A stretch of DNA of 64,000 nucleotides from Eledone cirrhosa. Lineage: Eukaryota. How positions within the stretch are numbered: position 1 is the first letter of the stretch; each line of letters begins with the position of its first letter. The notes below the pieces were generated by a model, which saw only the letters and a list, made by a program, of their open reading frames with translations, did not search any database and was not told the DNA's origin. Made by a program: the position numbers and the translations under genes. Positions 26,384 through 39,118 of the stretch are shown one piece after another. Where the stretch lies: positions 125,116,001-125,180,000 of the forward strand of contig OZ024745.1 of the NCBI GenBank assembly GCA_964016885.1, given 5' to 3'.

Positions 26384-26443
26384 GTCGATAGATAGGTAGG
26401 TCGATAGATAGGTAGGTCGATAGCTACATAGATAGATAGATAA
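26271..26443. repeat. (GATA)n microsatellite
   Basis: Read directly. Confidence 0.95.
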
Positions 26444-26815
26444 ATAGGGAATGAGAATCTTAAAGGTAGAGAGAGAAATAAAAACACACGGAGAAAAATA
26501 GAGAGAAATGTAGGAATTCAATGAGAAGTGCTAAACACAAAAAGCTAAATAAGTCCAAAAGACAGACTAAGCATCATTAAATAAATCTATTTTTGATTTT
26601 GAATAGTTAGAATGAAATGTAAAAAGTATATGTATATATATGACAGAGCATGAATAAACTATTTACTTTTGAAAACAATTATATTTGATGCATCACTTTG
26701 AATTCCCATTATTTTATATATTACATATAAAGTTTTGTTTTGTACATTTTAGGTTATTTCCTTACAGACACTGATATCTTCGCAAAAGTTTAAAGCAAAA
26801 TCCATATAGATAAAT

Positions 26816-26818
<3 letters not shown>

Positions 26819-26912
<94 letters not shown>
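26819..26912. repeat. (CA)n(TA)n microsatellite
   Basis: Read directly. Confidence 0.95.
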
Positions 26913-26914
<2 letters not shown>

Positions 26915-29900
26915 TTATATGAAAAATGTATATGGTAAAAACATAGTATCTACTACATTATATATAATTGGTCCAAATGCTAGAGATGAATTGTTGCTTT
27001 GAATTTACCATAAAAATGTTATCTTTATCGCTATATTTAGCAGAGCTATCTATATTGAGCTCTGTTTATATTCTCTTTTAGAACAGCCCATCTCCAACAC
27101 ACAGGCACACTCACAACCAGATATTCGCACACTAGCAATTACATATTTACGATCCCATAAATAAATGCCTGATCTATCTAAAAGAATGTTATTTATAAAT
27201 AAATGTATATAAATAAAACAATATATGGTACGCCAGCATATATATGTATGTGTGTTTGTGTTTAAGAATGTGTTTTGTCTGTGTTCAGTTACATGTATGT
27301 ATGAGTGAAAGCAGAGAATTATTTCGAATCACAGCTGATTGATGCTATAAATGTTGCTTACGGTGAGGATCACTGATTTTCTGAAACATTAACCAAACTC
27401 GGAATTAATGTTTTGGAACATAAAAGAATTTGCTTGAATATATATAAACTCCCCTGTACTTTCCGGATCTCGGGTAGCAAATCTATTTGCCAATTTTTGT
27501 GACCTAAAACCTGTTATTGATAACCCATGGAAGCAATAAAACACCTTCTATAGAAGATGTTCAGCTTACTTATCCGTCAGGTAAATACTGTCAAAATCGA
27601 TCTTTCTATCATAGATATCTTGACCTGATATCAATGTCGAAAGATAAAGACTGCTATGATAGCCGGCAGAAACATAATGTTGCCACAAAAAGTCTAAAGG
27701 AAAATTGAAATTTCATAAAACACAACACAGAATAATTGAATGTGAGTAGATAGAACTGAATAAATAATTAAAATCTATTCTATAGCATAGCGTCATTAAC
27801 TGAATTCATATATTCATTGTCATATAATCATTGATTATGTCTACTGTACAAATTATGGAACGTAAAGCAAAATTTCTATGATATATCTGTCCGTGATCTC
27901 TGTGATTTTATTAAGAACAGCAGTGATGTTAAATTCATATTTCATATTCTGAAATAAAAGAAGAAATTTGAACATTATTACGCCAAAGTGCAACATTACT
28001 GATAACTAATAAACTAAATGTATAATGCATTGCAATTTAAAATGACATTTGATGTATTATTTAAATTATATATATATAGGGCCAAATATTTTTCTTCGGT
28101 AAGTTCTTATTATTCCACCATTATTGTAATATTTTACATCCATTGTACTACCCTATTGGCGTGGGTGAAATACATTTTAGCCGTTTACTTCCCATTGAAT
28201 CTCTAAACAATAATGCATTATTGCTTCTTGCTAGAAGTATTATCGAAACACGCAACCACAAAACGTCGTTAAAAGCTGAGAGTACTTATTTAAACAATAT
28301 AGACTTACACAAGCCTAAAAATATGGAATAATCATATTTGGAATACCCATGATCGTAGTGTATGCGACAATATCAGCGTTGAAGTATTAAATATTACTTG
28401 TATTTTCATATTAATTTTACCCTCTTTATAAAATGAAAGGCATATATGTAGCCATATATAGATTATACATAACGAATAAGCGTTGAATTCTACTCCCATT
28501 TTCTACATAAAGCGAAATATACATGGAGAAAAATATAAGAAATAAACCCAGATAAAACAATCTAGAAATGTCAAACACGATGAGGGTTTGGTCTTCTAGT
28601 TACATCTATATTATTAATGTTATACGCATTGATGATTAAAAAATCTGTATCCTTACCTCATTGTTTAATACTATATTTGTATATAATTATATAAATATAT
28701 TACTAGCTAGCTTGATAAAGATAAGTTGAGATACATCTACAGGCCACACAAACAAGAAAAGAATGAGGGGAAACAGGTGAGAGACAATTTTTAAGGTAAA
28801 CTTCTGATTATGTGACATGATTTAGAAATGTATAATAGAGTTATTATAATCAGTATAGGAACATGCATTACAGAATTATCTAAACTAGTGTAATATATGA
28901 AGTGGAATAAGATTATAATACGTACATATCAGAGAATTCAGTTATTAATTGCAATCAAATGATTTATGTCACTTCATAGGATAAAATAGCAAATATGTTG
29001 ATATGCTTTAGATATTCTATGAGGGTTATCAATACAGAAAATGGCATAATAAATTATGGAAATGTATCAAAAAGGCGGAAATCTTTAGAAGAAAAACTAT
29101 GTAGAATATGAAGATATATGCTGAACAATTAAGATCCAAAGGAAACGGAATTACTTATACACTACTTAAGGAGAATCGATTTTATATATGACAATATAAT
29201 TTAGACTTACACCCAAGGTAAGTTGCTGTAAAACTTTATAAACACAGCAGTACAATTAATATATAATATGAAAAGCTGAATTAAGACTATTGTATTGTCT
29301 GCACGAGTGTAGACTATTATAATATCGACAGCAGTGTATATTAACGAAACAGCTTGATTCAAATCCCTCCCAAACCACAGGCTGCCAATTACAACGGAAA
29401 TACACATTAGATAATGTAGTCTTGGATATACATTGAACAATTCCGTGTGCATTTGATAGAGTCTATACTTAATCTGAAATGGTCTGGTGATAATCAACAA
29501 TATTACCAACAAAAGATTATTTACACATCATTATAAATATGAAGCTACATAAAGTTTCTATTTGTAAACAGTATTCGCAAAATATATAGAAGGTATATGA
29601 AATATTAACCAGACTTACAATATAATAAACTATTTTAAATATTAGAGAAACGATTACTAATTAGAAACATTAAAGAATCAAATTCTTAATTGCAATACTA
29701 AATAAATTAGATTTTTCACCATCAGAAAGAAGAAAAAAGACAATTTTCATGTAAACTATATTAAACTGTTTTAAGATAATAGCAGAATTATTAAAGATAA
29801 ATAGTTTTAAAAAATCTTACACATAAAGAATTAATGAGTAACGCGATTACGAATTATTTCAGTTCCAGAAATAATTCTTACTATATATATAATTTTACTT

Positions 29901-30173
29901 TCAAAATCAATACTCAAGAATATATGGCAGCGTCAAATAAACTTCAAGGAAAACTTCAAATAATCATATACACACTACTTTCCATTTCGTTAATGACACT
30001 TTCCAATTTACATTAATGATAAAGGGTGTTTTAATGGTATTTTAAAAGGTATACCCTGAAGAGATAAAATTTAAGAAGAGAAACATTTTAAGAAGAGAAA
30101 CGAAAAATACAGGAATCTTAGATGCTATTTTAAAATACAAATTTTGAGAAGAGAAAGTGGACACCCCCCCCCC

Positions 30174-30221
<48 letters not shown>

Positions 30222-30253
30222 TTGTGTGTGTGTTTGTGTGTATGTATATATGT

Positions 30254-30320
<67 letters not shown>

Positions 30321-31119
30321 ACTCGTGTATATATATATATAACATGTTTCTTTTTTAATATCATTTATAATTTCTTTTCTGTACACATTTGATATCGGTG
30401 TATATACCAAAATAAAACACCTCAGGTTATTTATGTTATTAATGTAATATTAATACTCTTTGTGAACGGTTTTGTAGATTTTTATCGATTAATCTCTATA
30501 TTTACCCAATCGCCTTGAAATTTTCTTGTAATATTACAAATTATTAGAAATTCCAAAAAATGAAATCATTCTCTCTATGCCATTACTTACTTTTTCAATC
30601 AACTCGACCTTTATTTTTCTATATACTCATACCGATTCATTTTCTGGTTCATATATGATTGTTTCTATGAGACGTATTATGGTTGTATTTGGAATATGTT
30701 GAAAAGAAGGGTGACAATGCAGAATATTTTCGATAGATGGCAAAAAATGAAGCATGCAAGCTGTATTGTATGTGCAATGTTAGGCATATGGAGATGTAAA
30801 GTTGGCCTTAGTGGTTCTCCAATTTTTCTTTTATACTTGTTGATAAAACGGTATGCGTCTTTACTGAATGTTCGATAGATCTATTAGACATATAGTAACC
30901 AAATATCTCACAAAGCATGCATTCTACCCTCGTAAAAATTGTCTTTGATTCTAGGGATAATTAGTTTGAACTTGGGTCCAAAGTACTATAAGGAAAAACA
31001 TTCCTAAAGAAAATATAGTATCTAAGTGTAGATAATAATTATTTGACCATCTCCCTAATTTAAGATTGTTTCCAAATTTAGCAAATGTTTTAAAATATGT
31101 ACCTCAATTATAATTGTTG

Positions 31120-31400
31120 GTTCCTTCGATTACAAGCATTGGCATCGCCGCTAGTAATGTGGAGGCAAAGAAGACTGCTAAATAAAGGGACTTGACCCAC
31201 CACTTCCTTTTCATACAGGTAACTGTCGATATTTCGAGTGCCCGAACTACCTTTTTCCTCCGCAAGATGGGGAGGAATGCTGCCCGCATAAAAACAAAGT
31301 CGCACGTAATAGAATGATGTAGTAATTGTCACTTGCTCTTCGCTGTAACAATGCCAGCATCATGCTATCCATGGGGTTGCGGCTGAGATATATCAACTAG
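31120..31400 (+). mobile_element. CRE-clade RLE non-LTR element, decayed C-terminal remnant
   Basis: The plus strand reads IGIAASNVEAKKTAK*RDLTHHFLFIQVTVDIS..TTFFLRKMGR..LLFAV..NASIM. This resembles the CRE terminal pattern AA..AE..K..KY..L...F.PVA.ET.G...R.S.A..RGNA..I. Confidence 0.55.
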
Positions 31401-32679
31401 AGCGGGTACATAGTATGTTATTCTCCCCGAATTACCATACTTTCGCAATCTATTTTCCTTTTCATTTGTTTCGTTGTTTTATCTCTACATTTCTTTTTTA
31501 ATATGAATACGTAGATGTATTATGAATTTCTTTCTTTTAACTTGAAAAAATATTTTATTAATATTTATTTATGCTAGCATTAAATTCGGTGATAGAATTC
31601 TTCATTCACCAAGTTCTACACATTGCGTGCCTGAACTAAGAGCCATAAATTTACTGAGATCAAATTTGAATATGAGAAGAAATACAAATGAGATAACTCA
31701 GTAATGTGATGAAGGATTAATATCACTGCTAGAGAAGACATGTAACCCTCCGATATGAGCAAAAAAAAGGGAAAGAAACGAGGTCGTTAAACATAAAATT
31801 GATGATGGTGGTGATGGAGAATTGTACTTATTTGAACCCTACAATTCTGCTATTATAAACAATGATTGAATAGGACTGGGTAGCTGGTAGACTGGAAAAT
31901 GATGCAATCTAATATACCCTCCTCTTTTCATTCTTCTGTGACACTAGCGCCTTTGACTTTCCCTTCCTTTTCCGTTTTTATATAATAAATATGATTTACA
32001 ATATAAAGAAATCATTCAAATCATTAATAATTAAGACTGGATTTAGTAAAATATGTAACATTCTCCTTATTTAGCTGATATATATATATATCACACGTAT
32101 CATTAAGTTTCTTTTGCACTTGTATCCACTATAATAAAGATTAATAATCCCCATACTATCTCCCATTACTTATTATTAATGCCATTACACCTATCGTTCT
32201 CATTACCAGTAATTCTACCACTATCATTTTCTCTGACTTCCTATTAATGAAATCTATCACGCATATCCATTTTCAAACCACTTTAGTCGCAGCCGCCGAA
32301 AAAGACTTAGTTGATGCCTGTCCCTATCTCTTTTCTGTGCTTCTTATCACTCACTCTCTTCTTGAATGATACACATCTACATTGGTATCGTGAAACGAAG
32401 CTGTGGTTCCTATTCTACCACTGATTAATTTCTACCTACCATTCTTATTATTAAATCACTCTGTTTCATCCTTCACAATACATTTATAGGCTCTCCTTTT
32501 CAACTCTTGGTCATAATTCCCATTCACATACCATCAGTAATATTTCTTATGAATGAACAGTAATATTTCTTATGAATGAACAGAAGCGCACGGATTGGAG
32601 AGATCTCCCAGGCTTTGCAGTGGTAAAAACAACCTCTCTAGAATAACATACAACATTGTCAAAGATATGAAAACATCTC

Positions 32680-33012
32680 GTGTTAGGGCCACCGGAAAAA
32701 GGACTCACTACGCCCTGTAAAATGGTTGTTGGTTAGAGAGGCATACAGCCGTATAAACCATACCGGAATTTGGGACATATAAATGGGATGTTCCCTGAAA
32801 CATCGAGGAGGGCGGTAACACTCAACGAAAACTAACTCTGACCATGGGGGACAGTTCAATGTATGACTGCCTTGAAAGCTAACGTAAAATCCTGATGATG
32901 ATGATAATGATAATGATGATGATGGTGTTGATGTTGATCAGGATAATAATGATGATGATGGTGGTGTTGGTGGTAGCGGTGGTGGTGATGGCGATGGTGG
33001 TGATAATGAAGA
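32680..33012 (+). mobile_element. Diverged RTE-related SINE (Ceph-domain-like) with a (GAT)n/(GGT)n tail
   Basis: CCCTGTAAAATGGTTGTTGGTTAGAGAGGCATACAGCCGTATAAACCATAC resembles the GGTTGGCGTTAGGAAGGGCATCCAGCCGTAGAAAC core. It ends ACGTAAAATCCTGATGATGATGA. Confidence 0.5.
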
Positions 33013-35551
33013 TAACACTAGATTTTATAATGTGAATAACAGTAAATGGACATCATCATATTCCTGATTTATCCTAGTGCATTAGTAGTATAACTGCATC
33101 ATCATATTAACTAGACGCAGGCAAATTATCACGGACTGTTTAAATGTATTACAAAATTGATTTACAAATAATCACTTTTTGTAATATATCACTAAGTCCT
33201 TCGCGTTCTCGAAAATCTTTTTTACTAGTTTTACAACTACAGTAATTTCAACTGAATACGATATAATTATTACTTTTGTTTCCCCAGTTCGAATACCATA
33301 TAATTGGTGTATATAAATATAGAGTGTAAAATTTGTATATTTTGATCAGTTATCAATTATAGTTGCAAAGTAAACAATCAGTAATAACAAAAGCAACATG
33401 CCACACAAGAGGAGACCAGTCTACTATGCTGCTTTAAATAAAAGTTCAAACGATATTTTCTCATTTGAAATTGAATGTAATTAGTATTTCATCACATAAA
33501 CACATTGAACCAGAAACGTATCATTTTTTGTAATATTTCTGTTATTTTTCAAATGAAATGTTACATTAAATTTAGATAATTATATGATATTAATTATACC
33601 CTGCAAACTGATCAAAATTATGATCACTCCTCCTGCTCATTTAGTGTGACTTTGTTTTCTTCTTCTGAACTAATAATGTGATCTTTCATCCAATTTCATT
33701 TAATTCAATTTCGTAATAGAATGACGTATTTCTTTTTCTTTTGTTTTGTAACTAAGAATTTCGCAGTACATTTTAGTGAATTCAGTACAGAAAAATATGA
33801 CTCCCGATAAACAAATCGAGTTTAGCTAATAAAAATAAGTATCTGTTTATTTCAGGCAACAAACCGTTACCGAATTTATTTGGTTAGTGTAATTTGAAAC
33901 AAATTAAATAATTATTATGATGAGTCTAGTCTTTATAAGCGAATACACCATTGCCAACATTATCTGTAGACATATCCAAACTAGAACCAGCATTAGCAAT
34001 ACCGTTATCATGCTCATCTTCTTTGCCAACAGTTTTTATCATTAGCTGTAACATTCATCCTTATAGTTATTTAATATAGCTTCGTTAATATTTTTAGTTT
34101 CCTTATGTCAACTCCCAACAAACTGAACTACTGTACCTAAGCAATAAGGACAGGTTCAATGTTTCAAAACTTTAGGTTTATTTATTTACCAGTTGATTCT
34201 GAATATATAGCATCCACTTACAATGTGAAGGGGTATTAAACAGATTTAGTGTTTTATGGTGTAACACCAAGTTTTAATAAATTAATTGAATTGTAGTTTG
34301 ATTTGGTCAAATGCTCCTCCCAAAAGAAAAGCACTGGCTTCATTTACACAGCTGATATTAGAGACCATAATGTGATTGCAGGTACAAGAAACAGTATATA
34401 ACTACTTAATGTCCCAGTTACCTTAATTGTTGAGCACAATCACTAAAACAGAATATCACATTCGTGTCAAGTTTCTAAACAATATTTGTATTATTTACAT
34501 TGTAGGTTTATCATATTTTCAAAAACTATATCGAAACCTTTGCCACGAATAAATTAGCAGTTATTTCACTTCATATTGAAGAATATAACAAAAAGAAAAA
34601 AGAAAATTAATTAACACTATCCATAGACGTAAATGTGTCTTGTAAAATATATTTTTTGTAATTTATTCTTTTCTGGTCACGTCTTGTAATTTGTGCAAGA
34701 ATTGTTAAATGAAAAGAAAAAGTATTTTGAAGTAATTAAAAATCAAATAGTTATGAGGTAATGGAATTTTACTGACATCTGTCAATATATATTAACCAGA
34801 TATTCAAAAGCAGGTATTAATGATACCTCAGTAATAATTCAATATTTTGTTTAGTGTGCACCTATTCATTGTAACCTACAATTAACATCACCGTTCTAGC
34901 AAAATTAAATGAAAGGCATTACCAATTTTTACAGATACCCAATGACATACTGACATATGTTTTTTTTACAATAATTGAGCTTTTGTAAATAACCGAATCA
35001 ATATTAGCCATTTCTTTCCCCACCTATTGCACCCTCCTTAAGCAAGTAATATTTCACACTGTTTCATAAAGAGCCACATCTCATATGTAATTAAATAACT
35101 CATATATTAGACCACGTTTTATAACAACTTATATTCCAAAGGAAATATAAACAAAGTGGAAGGGAGGGGAGGAGACGAGTGCTGTTTAAAGGTAGGCATA
35201 TTTCGGCTGTCTGCTGTACCGATGCCTAACAATATTTCCTCCAATCAAACCGATGTCATTTATATCGACTAGTCTCAGGGATTAACAAGTGTTTCTGCGT
35301 GGTCACTTGATCTCATGGAAACAGCAGCCAAATTAACACAAAACCCACACTACCATCGGAAATAAATATTTTGGACAATCCCGACCAAACAACACTAACT
35401 TTACATAACTTCAGGATCACGAGAGAAATCACAGGTAACTTTCCATCAAATGACACTCTATCCTATTAAATAGGAAAGAGCATAATAAAATCTGTACAAA
35501 ATGGTAAAATAGTCACGCTCTCCCTCAACTTGACACATACTCTATCTCTCT

Positions 35552-35610
<59 letters not shown>

Positions 35611-35973
35611 TAGACACACACACACGCACACACCCATATATACATATTCAGAAAAACAGACAGTCCCCTCTCCTCAGTCAACCCGTGGAAATCACTACGG
35701 TGTCGGTTCCTTGCGGTAATTAACTTTCTTTTCAGTGAACATTGCTGACATAACAAAATAGGTAGGGAGAATACATATCTATAGGTGATTTACACAAATA
35801 TAGAAGAAAAAATATCGCAACTGCGTCCATTGACCGGGCAGGGAGAGGCGGGTGTGTAATATCTTAGCTAAAGGAGAGAAATATAAAAAGGAGAGAAATA
35901 GTAAAACCGAAGAGAACAATATGAACTGTAGTGCAGCGTAGACACAGAAGAATAACACAGATGCTTAAAAATG

Positions 35974-36015
<42 letters not shown>

Positions 36016-36021
36016 CATTTT

Positions 36022-36400
36022 TTAAGCATGATTCTTTATCTGAAAACGTGTGTTGAAACCGATATTGTTATACTTTGGGAGGGTCATGTTGCCAATCAGA
36101 AACACACGCACCAGTCGCTTTCACTTCAATTTATTATAATAAATTTATAAATTTAGGAATTTATAAATTTCCGGTTGGTTGGTTGGTTCCACAACCAGAT
36201 GGTTGTTTATATATTGTCAAAGTTTTTTCGTCACACATTCTGTGACCTCTTCAGTGACTGGAGATTTTTTTCTTCGTTTTTTGTGCCTCTCCTTTGTTCT
36301 CTCCTACGCCATCTTGTTTTTGTGTGTGTGCTGTGTGCTTAGTTTGCGCATGTGTTACATCCGGGTGTCTGTGAGTGTTTATATTCGTTTATTTATTTGT
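36022..36400 (-). mobile_element. Hammerhead-bearing Penelope-like short repeat, family A copy 2
   Basis: Homologous to 17121 and 57502. The hammerhead at 36258-36216 reads GUCA-CUGAAGA-G-GUCACA..UGUGAC-GAAA..UU-UGAC. Flanked by (TA)n. Confidence 0.75.
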
Positions 36401-36451
36401 TTATTTACATGTTACTGGTTGGTTGTTTGTTCTATATGCCTGTGTGTTTTC

Positions 36452-36517
<66 letters not shown>

Positions 36518-36678
36518 ATATATATACATAGATTTTGAGTTTATGTTGGTTGTATACCAACACCTCAGTATGCAGGCTGGAGCACTCGACGAAGTGCGCA
36601 GGTTGGTTTGGTTACTCCGGAGTAGTGTAAAATAAAGTTAAATAAAAGTCAAATGATTAAAATTTAGCTTCGTTTATT

Positions 36679-36733
36679 ACTGCTATATATATTTCAGTGA
36701 CAGCCATCTTTGGCTGTGACCTCTTCAGGCAGT
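36679..36733 (-). ncRNA. Type-I hammerhead ribozyme, left arm of the palindrome
   Basis: Exact reverse complement of 36795-36849. Confidence 0.8.
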
Positions 36734-36794
36734 TTGAATTAGTATGGTACCATACTAATTCAAACTGAATTAGTATGATACCATACTAATTCAA

Positions 36795-36849
36795 ACTGCC
36801 TGAAGAGGTCACAGCCAAAGATGGCTGTCACTGAAATATATATAGCAGT
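36795..36849 (+). ncRNA. Type-I hammerhead ribozyme, right arm of the palindrome
   Basis: ACUGC-CUGAAGA-GGUcACAGCC(aaagau)GGCUGUcACU-GAAA-UAUAUA-UA-GCAGU. The core is intact, stem I is ACUGC/GCAGU and stem III is the palindrome AUAUAUAU. Cleavage is predicted after AUA at 36844. Confidence 0.8.
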
Positions 36850-37098
36850 AATAAACGAAGCTAAATTTTAATCATTTGACTTTTATTTAACTTTATTTTA
36901 TATATATACATATATATATATGTATATATATATATATGTATATATAATATATATCAGGTGTAATTTGCGTAATAAATATATACCGACGGAATTATGGTAA
37001 GCTTTAAGGAAACAAGGAAAGAGAAACAAATAGGAAAAAGTGCCATGCTTTAGACCCAGAAACGGACGTAGTAATATGTTGACACACTGCTCATCCAC

Positions 37099-37174
<76 letters not shown>

Positions 37175-37255
37175 TGTGTGTGTATGTATATATACATACA
37201 TATATATATATATACACACACGCGCATATATATATATATTCATATATATATATGT

Positions 37256-37312
<57 letters not shown>

Positions 37313-39102
37313 GAGAGAGAGAGAGGATGGAGAAGAAAATGCAGGTATTTTCAATCCCTTTTACATTGGAAACGTCGTTGACATATGGTTCTGAGGCCGA
37401 ACATATTCACATGATAAATTCTGCAGGAAAAATATATAGAGGGAGTCTCATATCCAAATCCTTGCAACTGTGTTACCACCACTAAAGACATTAAGATCCC
37501 AGGCTGTCGTTTTAAATTGGTTTATCAATGTGTTAATATGCAAATGTGAAGCCCACATACCACATTCCTTTCATTGTCAAGTAATAGATTATCTATTTTC
37601 AAAATGTAAGTATTTGTAAAATATCAAACTCCTCAATGCCTCATTCAAAGTATTTATAATCTCTATTGGGAGTTACCAGAACACCAAACGTAATATGTTA
37701 CCTATTATATCAAAATAAAAAGCAAAAAGATTATCAAAATGAACTTTGTTAAGATTTGAAACAGAAGTGATCGATTCAGGTTCAATACTGTAAATCTATG
37801 AAAGTCTTTTCTTCTAAATATCTAATTGATTTTTGTTTGACTTAAGTACTTTTAGAACTAAGACCTACAGTTACTCTACGACAGAACATTCTATACACTT
37901 CTCACTGTTTGCACAACAGTAGAATAATAAAAATCACATTGCGTTAGATATATTAAATACTTCCATTTACAAATAACAAAAAGTTTGATTTTGTTTTATA
38001 CAATTTTTTTATTTATACAATTTCTAGATTTTGAAGAATAATAAGCTCTTCGTATAATGTATTTGAATGGATAATTGGAGAAACTGCTTTCATTACTAAG
38101 AACTGAATACAAAAGGAAAGGGAAATATATTAATTTCTTAAAAGCTATGAAATATGATAGCAACTCAATGACAGGAAAATATAATACATTTCTAAAATGA
38201 AAATAAAAAGCTTTTGTTTTTCCAATGAAGTATCCGTTCAGTACACAAAGGAAGATGATAATAAGGATATTAGAAGTAGCAATATTCCTAGAACTACCAG
38301 AAGCTGGCTTAACCGTTCTTCTTTCTGAAATTAACAGAAAAATAATATAACTAATTCCACACACCTTTTCTCTTGTTAAAACGATCGTAGAGCCAGTGTT
38401 TAACTTTCACCTGCAACACTTTAATAACTCACACAAATAACGACTTTCTGTTAGACATTTGTAAAACGCACAGTAAAGAGTCTTGGACATGCGTTTAACA
38501 TTAGCAATTGCAAATTCTAACAGGGTCCAGTGGCAGCCAAATCTAATATGATTTTTCCAACCTTAGTCATAGAAGGAAGGAAATCACTCAGGATCAATTT
38601 CCGAAGTTACTCTGGGTGTGTGATGTAATGAAAGAGATTACGTTATCTTTATTTGGGAGATATATTACAAATTCTCCGTGTAAAAGATGCCTGATGTTTA
38701 GTGATCACGTTTTTCCGGAAGATGGATTAGATCCACATATCTCCCCTACAGGAAAGAAAAATCCCACCGATGTTCTGCGACAGAGATTTTATCTACCAAT
38801 TTCCCCATACAAAGCTTTGTTTGACACTTTTAAATTGTTGCAGTGCAACGTTGTCGAAACGACAAGCAAATATCTTAACCATAAAGTCATGCCAGCTACA
38901 TGTTCCGAAAGCGTGCTAATGAAATGAAAAGGCGAATGGGTAGAGCCAAACTCCGTTGGTATCTCTTTACACTTAATGGTAATCGTACTCTATTCTTTTA
39001 TCTCCCTTATATATGGTCTGAACAATAACAGCTATTCTTTTTCAACTAGCTGACTTTTTGATCGTTAGACGATATAGAATAATATTCTATTTTTCTTTCC
39101 AG

Positions 39103-39118
39103 ATTATCATTTGCAAAG
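39103..39118 (+). other. Candidate 16-nt micro-exon
   Basis: Strong acceptor TTCTATTTTTCTTTCCAG| and donor AAG|GTAGGT. Phase-compatible with 21381-21453. Confidence 0.25.

Larger units (their letters stand above)
36628..36900. repeat. 273-bp near-perfect palindrome
   Basis: Self-complementary about the loop AAC (36763-36765), with one mismatch seen (36750/36778). Confidence 0.95.

Noticed and set aside
29207-29512. 101-aa hydrophobic minus-strand ORF ending near a GTAAGT donor
   Set aside because: No recognisable motif. The hydrophobicity is expected from AT-rich DNA, and donor-like sites occur on both strands.
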